Below, one piece after another: positions 12,611-24,949 of a stretch of 64,000 nt of DNA. Under the pieces are notes generated by a model. It made no database searches. It was not told the DNA's origin and was given only the letters and a program-made list of their open reading frames with translations. Positions within the stretch are counted from its first letter, which is position 1. Every line of letters begins with the position of its first letter. Position numbers and translations under genes: made by a program. Location of the stretch: the NCBI RefSeq assembly GCF_006345805.1, contig NC_043000.1, positions 41,478,001 through 41,542,000 of the forward strand. Direction: 5' to 3'. The DNA is from Octopus sinensis (Eukaryota).

Positions 12611-12980
12611 CAATATAAGTTAATCCAAACAAGAAGCACAAAAAACACAACGCGAGGACGTGGAACAAATATAGTATTATTGGACGCTCAGGAAAGAAGG
12701 AAAGCAGGAGGGCTTAACGTTTCGAGCGGAGCTCTTCGTCGGAAACATAGGAGAAGGAAAGATCTAGAGAAGGGAAGACAGAGGAAAAAAATCTCCAATG
12801 GCGTGTGCGTGTGCGACGGTCTTCTTTCAGTTTCCGTCTTTCGAGTCCACTCACAAGGCTTTCTTTGGTTGGCCCGAGGTTATAGAAGAAGACACTTGCT
12901 CAAGATGCCATGCAGTGGGACTGAACCCGGAACCGTGTGGCTGGTAAGCAAGCTACTTACCACACAGCCGATCCTGCGCC
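12310..12980 (-). mobile_element. SINE family B containing an HHR-bearing PLE-like insert (12612-12800)
   Basis: SINE halves at 12310-12490 and 12815-12980. The insert is the reverse complement of 62100-62292. Confidence 0.85.
12712..12746 (-). ncRNA. Minimal type I hammerhead (CCGACGA core)
   Basis: GTTT CCGACGA A GAGC-TCC-GCTC GAAAC GTT AAGC. Confidence 0.75.
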
Positions 12981-13059
12981 ACATACATATTTGTTTCTGA
13001 GTATTAATGATTTTTTAAATTAAAAAATTTTTTTTTTATTTTTAATACAAAGTAATAAT

Positions 13060-13272
13060 CCTTTATACTATAGGCACAAGGCCTGAATCTTTAGCGGGAG
13101 TGGGTAAATCGATTTCATCGACCCCAGTTCATAACTTGTATTTATCGTATCGACCCCGAAAGGATGAAAGGCAAAGTCGACCTAGCCGGAATTTGAACTC
13201 AGAACGTAAGGACGGACGAAATGCCGCTAAGCATTTTCCCGGTGTGCTAACAATTCTGCCAGCTCGCCGCTT
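13060..13272 (-). mobile_element. tRNA-derived SINE, family A
   Basis: Reverse complement of GCGGCGAGCTGGCAGAA..GAGTTCAAATTCC..GCCTTTCATCCTTTCGGGGTCGAT. Confidence 0.85.
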
Positions 13273-13457
13273 TATATATAATATAACAATGAGACACGCT
13301 CACAAACATCTATATTATGTATATGTGTGTGTGTGTGTGTGTGTGCGTATGTGTGTATGTGTGTGAATATATTTGTTCGCAGGGGTGGTATGTATGTATG
13401 TATGTATGTATGTATGTATGTATGTATGTATTGTGTGTATGTATGTGTGTATGTGTG

Positions 13458-13489
<32 letters not shown>

Positions 13490-14186
13490 TGTATGTATGT
13501 ATGTATGTATGTATGTACGTATGTATGTACACAATGTAATAGGCACGATCCTGTTATTTAGTGTACTGAATTATCTGGCCTTGCGTACCTACGGCCAAGC
13601 CTAGAAAAACAGGCGAGACGTGAGTTGGCCACGCGTCATAAGTTGTAGAACGGCAATGACAAACGGGGGCGTGGCTTAACCAGTTTCTCGCACACCTCTT
13701 CTCTACATATAACCTTACATACACATATGCTTATGTACAAACACGCGCACATACGTAAATACATACATATTCATATACATATATATATATATATATATAT
13801 ACATACATGCTGACATACATGCATACGTACGTACATACGTACTTACATACGCAAGAAGCAAGTGCGTACATATATACGTACGTACATACAAACATACATA
13901 TATACATATACATATACATATACACGTACGTACATTGTATTTATGCATACTTACATACGAGTCCGCATATTTATAACCCTTCCCAGAGAAACATGCACGC
14001 GCGCACACACGAACACAATTATATGTACGGAGAAGAAGAAGAGAAAGAGAGAGTGAGAGGGACAGACCGACAGAGAGACAGAGAACAAAATATTGACACA
14101 CGTACGACCATCTTACACACACACATACCTACATAGAAACAAGCATGCGTACATAATACATAATACATACTATATACATATATATA

Positions 14187-14258
<72 letters not shown>

Positions 14259-14951
14259 GCATGCGGACATACGCACATACATAGATATATACATACATGC
14301 ATACATACATGCATACTTACGTACATACATGCTACTGGCCCGCTCGCCCGCCCGCCAGAAAGTCAACTGGCCAGCCAGGTAAACATATAGAATGGGAGAC
14401 AGACAGACGGACAGACAGACAAACAATTTAGACACCTTCACAACTACAAACTATTGCGGTAGGACGTGTGGTGGTGGTGGGGGGGGGAGGAATAATACTG
14501 ACGCCACAGAAACACAATTGCCATGCGCGTGCGGGCAATATGAGAGGACAGAAGAAGACAGAAAGAAAGCGACACACACACGCACATACGCATACATACA
14601 CACACACGCACATACGCATACATATAGATACATACACGCAAGCACACAGATTTTTCTTTTATCTTAATACTTGTTTCAGTCATTTTGACTGAGGTCATGC
14701 TGGGGCAGCGTCTTAAATTGGTTTAGTCGGACAAATCAACCCCAGGACTGTCTCTGTTTTACTTTTCTTAAGCCAAGTACATTATATCGGTGTATATTGG
14801 CGAACAGCTAGGTTACGGGGACGTAAACACTCCAACATCGGTTGTTAAGCGGTGGTGGAGGGAACAATCACAGAGGTAAAGTCACGCTTACACACACATA
14901 CATGTCTCTCTCTCTTCTCTCTCTCTCTCTCTATATATATATATACACACC

Positions 14952-15005
<54 letters not shown>

Positions 15006-15014
15006 TTTAATCTT

Positions 15015-15246
15015 TTATTCTTTTCTTATTTCAGTCATTTGACTGCAGCCATGCTGGAGCACTGCCTTTAGTTGAGCAAATCGACCCCAGGACTTATTCT
15101 TTGTAAGCCTAGTACTTATTCTATCGGTCTCTTTTGCCGAATCGTTAATTTTAGAGGAAGTAAACGCACCAGCATCGGTTGTCAAGCGATGTTGGGTGGG
15201 GGAGAAACAAACACACACACACACACGCACACACACACACACACAC

Positions 15247-15295
<49 letters not shown>

Positions 15296-15470
15296 AACAC
15301 ATTTATATATACCACAGGCTTCATTCAGTTTCCGTCCACCAAATCCACTCACAAGGCTATGGTAGGCTCGAGGCTATATAGTAGAAAACACCTGCCCGAA
15401 TTGTCACGCAGTGGGACTGAACCCGGAACCATGTGGTTGGTAAGCAAGCTACTTACCACACAGCCATGCC
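15015..15470 (-). mobile_element. SINE family B, complete with internal (CA)n
   Basis: Head TGGCTGTGTGGTAAG..GGGTTCAGTCCC and tail CAGTCAAATGACTGAAATAAGAAAAG. Confidence 0.9.
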
Positions 15471-15475
15471 AGGCA

Positions 15476-15542
<67 letters not shown>

Positions 15543-16304
15543 TACATACATACGTACATATGTACATACATACATACATACATAAATAGATAGATAGATA
15601 TACAGACAGAGGGGGAGAAAGGAAGAAAAGAGTGATAGAGAGGAGAGAGTAGTAGAGCTAGACTGAACGGTTACAGGTAAAGAAACTAAAGGCAAAAGAA
15701 AAGTATAGAGCGAGTGGTGGTGGGGGTAGATAAAACAGAAGATAGGAGCGTGTATTTGCGTGCACTTATACATTTGTGCTAGTATGTGTATGTATATGTG
15801 CTGCTGTTTATGCCTTGTGTGTATAATATATGCATGTGTATACGTGTGCGTGTCCGCTCCCGTATTTTCTTTGTGGCTGTGGTGTGTGACATAGTGAGGG
15901 TTAGTTTAACCGAAGCAAGCGAGCGGGTGATGAAAGAATGTAGATGGGCTGGTTTACGAATATATTAAAGGAGAAACAACAAAAAGGAAAACATTTATAC
16001 ACACCCACCTTCTCTACCACTTATACACCGCCTCTGTCTCTCCCCTCTCTCTCTCTCTCACACACACATATACGCAAACATATTCACTGTCACATTCGTA
16101 GGCAAGTGTAAACACATGAGCAAATAGACATAAATATACACATGTATGTATATACATTTATCTTATGTATGTATACACACACACACACACACACTCACAC
16201 ATACACACATTTACTTAAATACTTACAGACAGACAAACATACACACTTACAAAACACATACATACAAGCATAAACATAGACATATATAGGCATAAGCACG
16301 CATT

Positions 16305-16710
16305 AAGGCGTGGCTGCGTAGTAAGGAGTTAGTTTCCCAACTATATAGTTCCGGGTTCAGTCTCACAGCGTGGCACCATGGGCAAGTGTCTTCTACTATA
16401 GCTCCAGGTCGACTGAAGACTTCTGAGTAGATTTGGTAGACAGAAACTGAAAGAAGACCGTCATATAAATGTGTATATATACACGTCTGTGTTTGTGTGT
16501 GTGTGTTTGTGTGTGTGTGATTGTTCCCCACTCCCACCGTTTTTTACAACCGGTGCTGGTGTGTTTATGTTCCCCCAGTTTACCGGTTCGGCAAACGACA
16601 GTGATAGAATAAGTACATGGCTTTTAAAAAATTAGCATTGGGGTCGATATATTCAACTGAAAAATTTTCAAGGCAGTGCCCTAACATGGGCACAGTCTAA
16701 TGATTGAAAA
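16305..16710 (+). mobile_element. SINE family B
   Basis: Same bipartite structure with internal (TG)n. Confidence 0.85.
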
Positions 16711-16769
16711 AAAAATCGATCATACATGCATACAACATACATACAAACATTCATATATATGTATATATA

Positions 16770-17074
16770 TCACCTTGATCACCTTGACCAACCAGGCCAT
16801 CAGATGTTGCTACACATCGCTGGTCACAATGCGCTTCGCATTGTTTTTAGCCTTCAAATGACGCCACCCCGTTGCTAAGCGAGCAGGCCAAGAGAAGAAA
16901 GAGTGAGAGAAAGTTGTGGCGAAAGAGTACGGCAGGGATCGCTATCCCCTGTCGGAGGCTCGTGGAGCTTTTAGGTGTTTTCGCTCAATAAACACTCACA
17001 ACATCCGGTCTGGAAATCGAAACCGCGATCCTACGACCGCGAGTCCGCTGCCCTAACCACTGGGCCATTGTGCA
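16770..17074 (-). mobile_element. tRNA-derived SINE, family C
   Basis: Head TGGCCCAGTGGTTAGGGCAGCGGACTCGCGG on the - strand. Confidence 0.85.
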
Positions 17075-17080
17075 TGTATG

Positions 17081-17175
<95 letters not shown>

Positions 17176-17775
17176 CATTATTATATATACATACACATAT
17201 ACACATATCTGTGTTCGTATATATGCATGTGTGCGTCTGTCCACCACACCTAAATGCTTGAAACCGCGTTGCTTTGTTTACGTCCCTATAATGGTTTGTC
17301 AACAGAGACCAGGAGAATAAATCCCAGACTTAAAAGAAAATAACGTCTGTGGCTGCAGTCCAATGACTGGAAGAGTTCAAAAGGTTATGTGTGTGTGAAG
17401 GTGTTTGCATACACGTGCATATTCATTATATTTACGTGTGTGTGTGTGTGTGTGTTTGTGTGCGTGTGTGTGTGTTTGTGTGTGTGTATATACACACACA
17501 TATGCATATATATATGTATTTATATATATATGCATATGCATATATATATATATGTATACATATATATTTATATATATATACTATATATATACAATCATAT
17601 AATAAATATTAGGGAATAAATCCAAATTTACAGGGAAAAATCAGATTTAGGATTAAATCCAATTTTATAGTAAAATATTATATAATATTATTAGAGACAA
17701 AACCACTATTTTGCAAAACAAACAAGGAAAGACTTAATCAATACTTAAAATTTTAATAAAAAGTAAAAAAAACCG

Positions 17776-17818
17776 CCACTACAATTGTTTCTTGTCCTGA
17801 TCGACAATCTTCAGGTGG
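17776..17818 (-). ncRNA. Canonical minimal type I hammerhead ribozyme (intact)
   Basis: CCAC CTGAAGA TTGTC-GATCAG-GACAA GAAAC AATT GTA GTGG. Palindromic stem III ACAATTGT and a GUA triplet. Confidence 0.85.
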
Positions 17819-17863
17819 ACTTCCAATTTTCAAGTCAGTGAAACTGACTTGAAAATTGGAAGT

Positions 17864-17905
17864 CCACTGAAGATTGTCGATCAGGACAAGAAAAAATTGT
17901 AGTGG
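17864..17905 (+). ncRNA. Mirror hammerhead copy (two lesions)
   Basis: CCA CTGAAGA TTGTC..GACAA GAAAA AATT GTA GTGG. Confidence 0.7.
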
Positions 17906-18014
17906 CGGTTTTTTAGACTTTTTATAAAATTTTAAGTATTGATTAAGTCTTTCCTTGTTTGTTTTGCAAAATAGTGGTTTTGTCTCTAATAATATTATAT
18001 ACAATCATATATAT

Positions 18015-18061
<47 letters not shown>

Positions 18062-18187
18062 CATCCATAAATATATCGTACATACATATATACATACATA
18101 TATGTATATATATATATATATATATGTATATTTATATACATATACATATATGTATGTATATATGTATGTACGATATATTTATGTGTG

Positions 18188-18232
<45 letters not shown>

Positions 18233-18333
18233 GTATGTATATATGTATGTACGATATATTTATGTGTGTATGTATATATATATATGATATATATTTATTT
18301 ATATTTAGCAAAAGTAATCTACATCTATCTAAA

Positions 18334-18365
<32 letters not shown>

Positions 18366-18474
18366 ATACATATGTAAATAAAATAAATAAACAAATATAT
18401 ATATATGTATGTTTGTAAGTATGCATGTGAATGTATGTATATATGTATGTATGTATAACTGTCTGTATATATAT

Positions 18475-18965
18475 ATATATACGAAAGAAGGTTTGAAAAT
18501 GCAATTTAAAAGATGTTTATTTACTTTACCGGTTTCACTCTTTGGGAAAAGTTTGTCAAAAGTAACATGTAGAAGTTTGGTTGCGTTAATTATTGTCAAC
18601 CAATATTCTGTGCATGTTTGAATATACAGATACAACACCAATACCAATATCAGTTCCTTCTGGAAACTATCTTAAGCATGTCCTTGAGAACGATTATTGT
18701 AGTAATCTTTTGTGCCCAATATTTTAAAGAACATGTTGAACTTTTTTATGTCCTTAACATGTCCCTGTTACCAAAGACTGTATATATGTAATGTAGCAAT
18801 TTGTAACACCAATAATTAACGCAACCGAACTTCTACATGTTACATTGACAATCTTTTTCAAAAGTGAAACCGGTAAGTAAATAAACATCTTTTAAATTGC
18901 TTTTCAAACCTTCTTTCGTATATAATTCCACTCGTGCGGTACCCCACAACTCCACTTTGGATATT
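18475..18965. mobile_element. PLE-like inverted pair within (TA)n
   Basis: 18475-18595 mirrors 18810-18925. The right arm extends to ~18965. Confidence 0.8.
18521..18565 (-). ncRNA. Type I hammerhead with U3-A8 core
   Basis: TTACTT TTGACAA ACTTTT-CCCA-AAGAGT GAAAC CG GTA AAGTAA. Degenerate mirror copy at 18839-18880 (+). Confidence 0.8.
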
Positions 18966-19052
18966 ATATATATATATATATATATATATACCATACATAC
19001 ACACATATATATATATATAATATATATATATATATATGCATACATATATATA

Positions 19053-19086
<34 letters not shown>

Positions 19087-19105
19087 GTTGTTATTATATA
19101 TACAT

Positions 19106-19158
<53 letters not shown>

Positions 19159-19292
19159 TATATATATATATATATACATATACATTATATTTATACACAT
19201 AAATATGTGTGTATATGTGTGTGTGTGTAGAAGGTGTTTGTATGTTTGTATATGTGCGTATATAGAGACATATATATGGCTTACATATATGA

Positions 19293-19525
19293 AGGCGGCG
19301 AGCTGGCAGAAACGTTAGCACGCTGGGCGAAATGCGTAACCGTATTTCGTCTGCCGTTACGTTCTGAGTTCAAATCTCGCCGAGGTCGACTTTGCCTTTC
19401 ATCCTTTCGGGGTCGAATAGATAAGTACCAGTTACGCACTGAGGTCGATATAATCGACTAAATCCGTTTGTCTGTTCTTGTTTGTCCCCTCTGTGTGTAG
19501 CCCCTTGTGGGCAGTAGAGAAATAA
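19293..19525 (+). mobile_element. tRNA-derived SINE, family A (full length)
   Basis: Closely similar to 23033-23264. ACATATATATGGCTTAC is repeated near both ends. Confidence 0.9.
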
Positions 19526-19565
19526 CATATATATGGCTTACCTGGCCAAGACTTCGAAGTCACTC

Positions 19566-19603
<38 letters not shown>

Positions 19604-19638
19604 TATAATATATATATGGCAGAAACGTTACATATATA

Positions 19639-20514
19639 CAGTTTGCGATGGGCAATTTCTCGCTATTTTATATTTTTGATGTCGCGTATGCGCTTTGGTC
19701 GTTTTTGATTTTTCGAATACACTGTACAGTATGGTCAGGTGAGCACCCTCTATAAGAAAAACAACGCCATGATGCAATTGACTAGGCCAGAAATGTTGAA
19801 ATGACATGCTGTACTGCTTGGCATTCGCGCCGGAAGCACCAGTACGAACAGATGAAGAACACACTGACCAACCTTTGGCTTACCGTGCCCCGAAAACATG
19901 ACCCAAGAATGATAACGATCAATCATCTAGTCAATATCATGTTGGAATGATCACTAGTGATGGCGATGTTAGCCTCCATTCATCTTTCCACACGGCTTCA
20001 GACTCAACACGGCGGCCTACATCCAGTGCCTGCAGGAGGTAATACTGTCCTGGGTCAAGAGGTTGGCAGTTGGAAGACTCTATGTCTGGAACAGGATTCT
20101 GCACCATGTCACACAAACAGTAGAACCCAGTGATCGGTGTCAGACAAAACCCCTAAAATCTGGCCACCTAACCTTCCCACCCCCAGACTGCAACCCCCTG
20201 GATTATTATGTGTGGGGTGCAGTTGAGCGAGAGACCACCAATAACACTCCTTGTAACACCGAAGATAATGTGAAGGCAGGGATTATGGCAGCATTCACCA
20301 CCTTAAACAAGGAGACCGTCGGGAAGAGTTGCAGGAGACTTCGCAGTCGTCTGGAGGCTGTGGTTGAAGCTAATGGCGATTTTAATTGAATAAATTTACT
20401 CTTTAGTATTTCAAGGTAATTTTATGTAATTTTGGTAAATATATCTGTTAAAATGTGATGACAGCGTTACTTTTTTTTGCGTAATTTAGACGACTGTTTA
20501 TTAACCGCACCCTG
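19639..20514 (+). mobile_element. Tc1/mariner-like transposon relic
   Basis: PPPDCNPLDYYVWGAVE..LEAVVEANG. Right end CCGCACCCTG followed by TA; the left end is degenerate. Confidence 0.8.
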
Positions 20515-21026
20515 TATAAGTATGTGTGTGTGTATGTATGTATGTGTATATCATCTCCTGAGCGCCTATTAATAATAATACTGTAATTGTTCCTGTTGTT
20601 GTTGTTTTTTTGTTTCCCTTTTGGATTAAAATTATATATATATATATATATATAACACATATATATATAGATATATATACGTAAATAAAAGAAACATACG
20701 CATACATATATATGTATATATATGTATGTAATGTATGTGTATATGTATATATATATATGTATGTGTGTGTGTATGTATATGTATATATATATAAATATAT
20801 ATATACATACACGCATACAATCATACATACGTACATACATATTTTCAGGTAGTATTATACTTTGAACATACACATACACCGCAGAACTAAAAATCCATCA
20901 CATTATATCGTACTTTGTTTTGCATTCGTCTCTCACTTATGTATGCTTGTATGTATGTGTGTGTGTATATATATGTATACACATATATATATATACACAC
21001 ACACATACATATATGTGCGTGTTATG

Positions 21027-21063
<37 letters not shown>

Positions 21064-21223
21064 CACTTATGTGTGTGTGTTTGTGTGTCTGTGTATATAC
21101 GTAAACCACAAAACTAATAATAAAATACTACATACAGTAATACTATGTACAGATACATTCATAAGACCTACGTACGTATATGCATACACACCTGTATACA
21201 TACAATACACATACACTGATGTG

Positions 21224-21277
<54 letters not shown>

Positions 21278-21378
21278 TATATATATATTATATACTACAA
21301 TTGCAGCGTGGAAGGTGTTTATAAGCCATTTAAGAAACACACAAAAGCCGTTCGATTCACTTCAACATTTAAGTTTAA

Positions 21379-21428
21379 TTTGTCAAAATATTTTCGTCGC
21401 TAAAATCCGCGTCCTGTTCACTGACAAA
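21379..21428 (-). ncRNA. Hammerhead-like motif with G3-C8 core
   Basis: TTTGTCA GTGAACA G GACGC-GGATTTTA-GCGAC GAAA ATAT TT TGACAAA. 7-bp stem I and palindromic stem III AATATT. Confidence 0.6.
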
Positions 21429-21471
21429 AATCCGTGCTGCATCTAAATATATATATATATATATATATATA

Positions 21472-22640
21472 TCTTTGATTCCCTCTCTCTCTGTCTCTCT
21501 TTCTCTCTCTCCTGCGACCTGCTGCTTCTTCAACCATTCTGTTGGCCTTCGTATCTCGACCAACATGTGTCCCCGCTACCGAAACGGTAATTATTTCTAC
21601 GCCAGCTGCTATGTTGTGTTGTTTTGTCTCATTTGGTCTAAAGTCGTATGACAACCACCGTTATATATATTTTGTTTATTCATTACTGTTTTCAATTTCG
21701 TTTTCGTCTTGTATTCACATCCGTCTTGTGCGTTCACATTCCTGTCTTCTACCAAGAAATCTTATGCTTACAGCTTAGTTTTTTTTCTTGGGGCTGGCCG
21801 AGTTGGAGCAAATATCAGAATTGAACAGCCGAAATTTGCTATGATGATTCGGTGTCTGACTGAAGATTGAAGGCTTCGAATGATTTGTCTGTGTTCCGTG
21901 TTCGTCCCTTCCTGTATTTCACGTTCATTATATAAAAACATTCATTCTTATATTATTGCGGCGTTACGTGCACACCCCCGTTTGTTTGTCCAATTTTAAA
22001 CCCTGCACACTTCTATACACACTGTCTTTTACTACCCGCCATTGCTTCTTCACCAAACTTTTTGGCGCCCTCCGATTCTTCCCCTCTCTTCCTCCCATCC
22101 TCCTTAATCCCTTCTTTCTCCTTTTCTCTTGGTCACTGATTCTGTCCCTGCCTTCCACCCTCTTTGATTCCCTCTCTCTCTGTCTCTCTTTCTCTCTCCT
22201 GCGACCTGCTGCTTCTTCAACCATCTGTTGGCCTTCGTATCTCGACCAACATGTGTCCCCGCTACCGAAACGGTAATTATTTCTACGCCAGCTGCTATGT
22301 TGTTGTTGTTTTGTCTCATTTGGTCCTAAAGTCGTATGACAACCACCGTTATATATATTTTGTTTATTCATTACTGTTTTCAATTTCGTTTTCGTCTCTT
22401 GTATTCACATCCGTCTTGTGCGTTCACATTCCTGTCTTCTACCAAGAAATCTAATGCTTACAGCTTAGTTTTTTTTCTTGGGGCTGGCCGAGTTGGAGCA
22501 AATATCAGAATTGAACAGCCGAAATTTGCTATGATGATTCGGTGTCTGACTGAAGATTGAAGGCTTCGAATGATTTGTCTGTGTTCCGTGTTCGTCCCTT
22601 CCTGTATTTCACGTTCATTATATATAAAAACATTCATTAT
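21472..22640 (+). mobile_element. Repeat family P1, partial tandem dimer
   Basis: 21472-21950 is near-identical to 22161-22640. Confidence 0.85.
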
Positions 22641-23032
22641 ATATATTATATAATATATATATATATATATACCGAAATCCTAAAAACCACAAAAAGCAAT
22701 AAGTAAACCATAATATATAATTGTTGTTTGTCATACATATATACATTCATACTTATACACTACATGTGATGTACGTAGGTACTTACTTTCATTATTACAG
22801 TTTATATTTATATATTTCCATACAAATAAACCACAAAACCAATGGCATAATTAATATATATATAGTACTGTACGATACATAGACTCATATATTTAGCTGC
22901 TATTTATATCACATAAATAAATCGGGAAACTGAAAGTAAAACACATTATAGTATCTCTCATATAATCATTATCATCCACAAGAACAGCCTACTTCTCTGC
23001 ATATGACAAGTAAAATCTCTAATTATATATTA

Positions 23033-23264
23033 AGGCGGCGAGCTGGTAGAAACGTTAGCACGTCGGGCGAAATGCGTAGCCGTATTTCGTCTGTCGTTAC
23101 GTTCCGAGTTCAAATTCTGCCGAGTTCGACTTTGCCTTTCATCCTTTCGGGGTCGATAAATTAAGTACCAGTTACGCACTGGGGTCGATATAATAGACTT
23201 AATCCCTTTGTCTGTCCTTGTTTGTCCCCTCTGTGTTTAGCCCCTTGTGGGTAGTAAAGAAATA
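23033..23264 (+). mobile_element. tRNA-derived SINE, family A (full length)
   Basis: Matches 19293-19525. Confidence 0.9.
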
Positions 23265-23296
23265 TATATATCAAAACTGCAACTCTTTGTATACGC

Positions 23297-23751
23297 TGGA
23301 TCTTTTCGGTTTGAACAGCAGTTTTTTCTAGCGGTGTCATATGAAATTGACACCCATAATTATGACCCTAGTATCGATTTATTGCATTTCAATCTATTTT
23401 AGGGTTAGGGTTAGTAATGGTTAGTTAGTGTTAGGGTTATGGTTATGGTTAGGGGTGGGGGAATGGTATCTCTTTTTCTTCACAAATGTAAATAAACCCA
23501 ATCTGTTTCTTAAACGAGGGACATATTCATACGGCACAGAATGTTGTTTACCTCAATGGACGTCAGTGATTGGTTGAAATTGCAGAAATTGAAGAAAAAA
23601 ACAACAAATATCTTACAAACTATAAAATTTTCTCAATAAAGCCAAGAGAAAAAGATGTTTTATGAACACATTCTACCAGTATACAAAGTTTAAAATTTTT
23701 TAGTTACCTAGAAATTATGTTAAAAACTGCTGTTCAAACCGAAAAGATCCA
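23297..23751. mobile_element. MITE with perfect 30-bp TIRs and internal TTAGGG-like repeats
   Basis: TGGATCTTTTCGGTTTGAACAGCAGTTTTT (23297-23326) and its exact reverse complement (23722-23751). TTAGGG variants at ~23399-23455. Confidence 0.9.
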
Positions 23752-24772
23752 ATAAAATCTCTAATTATATATCAAAATTGCAACTCTTTGTATACGCCCC
23801 TTTCCGGAATTTCTTCAAAAGTCTGCCACGAAAATCAGCGAAGTGAAGGCAGAACACAAAACGGAAATGAGCAATTTTTACTAAAACCAGTGAAGGCGGA
23901 CGTTCTTAGTTCTACGCGTCGAAACTTAATGTCTTAAATTTTTGTCGTTTACTTGTTTCAGTCATTGGATTGCGGCCATGCTGGGTCAGCGCTCAGAGAG
24001 ATTTACGTCTAACAAACCGACTCCAGTGCTTTGTTTTCGGATCTTTGTGGTTTTCGTCTATGTTTACAATTTTGTTCCAATTGTTTTCAAATTTGGTATA
24101 TGGATTAAGTTGTGTATACTAATTAAGAAAATGAAATTCATTTTTCCTATAAATCCATAATTAAGAAGTGATTAGCCTTTAAAATTTGCAAAATTTGGGT
24201 ATTTTAGCCAATCAGAAGCGAGTATTTTACACACCACAGTGGCGAAAAACTTCGTTTCCATAGTAACCATAGATGCTGCGCATGCGTACAAGGAGGAGAA
24301 CGAGATACGAGAAAAATAATCTTCTACTATATTAATACTCTTGTGTTTTTCTCCGTCACAACATATGAATAATAAAAGGAATGATGATAAATAAATAAGG
24401 AAATAAGGGGTGATGGCAAACTGGTAGGATATACGTGTGCAAGTAAAAGGGAGGTATATGAATGGCTGTGTTTGAGGTAATCACAATGCAATTGAGAGCA
24501 GGCGTAGCTGAGTGTTTAGAAGTTCGTTACAAAATTGTGAGCTCTCTGGTTCGACCCTTGTGCGTCCCTTCCTGAGTAAGTGCATTTCCAAGGTTGCCTT
24601 CTCCGTAAAAACATATACTTAAGTGCAAATTGTCATTCTTAATCTGCTGGTCTAAAAATATGTTTTTAACAATTGATACTGTAATGAGAAGAAAATTCAT
24701 TAAGGGTGTGTTTCCTACCCAAATTGTATTCTTTACAAATCATTGTGTGTTCTCGTAGCTCTGTGTTAGAAA

Positions 24773-24820
24773 ATGGTTCACTGAAGAGGTCTCATGAGAC
24801 CGAAATATCTTCTAGGCTGT
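24773..24820 (+). ncRNA. Hammerhead motif (stems I and III eroded)
   Basis: CTGAAGA GGTCTC-AT-GAGACC GAAA TATCT TC at 24781-24812. Confidence 0.55.
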
Positions 24821-24949
24821 CACCATAGGTCCTAAAGATCAAATAAACTCACCCTCTGTCTTGTATTTCCATTTAATTTTTGGTCAAATGACATTTTCGA
24901 ATTTCCTTCGTTGCTTCTTTTGAGAAGAATTTTCTTGCTTTCCCACTGC

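Larger units (their letters stand above)
17600..18000. mobile_element. PLE-like head-to-head insertion with apparent TSD
   Basis: Arms ~17680-17839 and 17844-18000. Flanked by TATATACAATCATATA at 17586-17601 and 17996-18011. Confidence 0.85.

Noticed and set aside
23399-23455. True or interstitial telomere
   Set aside because: Short, degenerate and enclosed by MITE TIRs.
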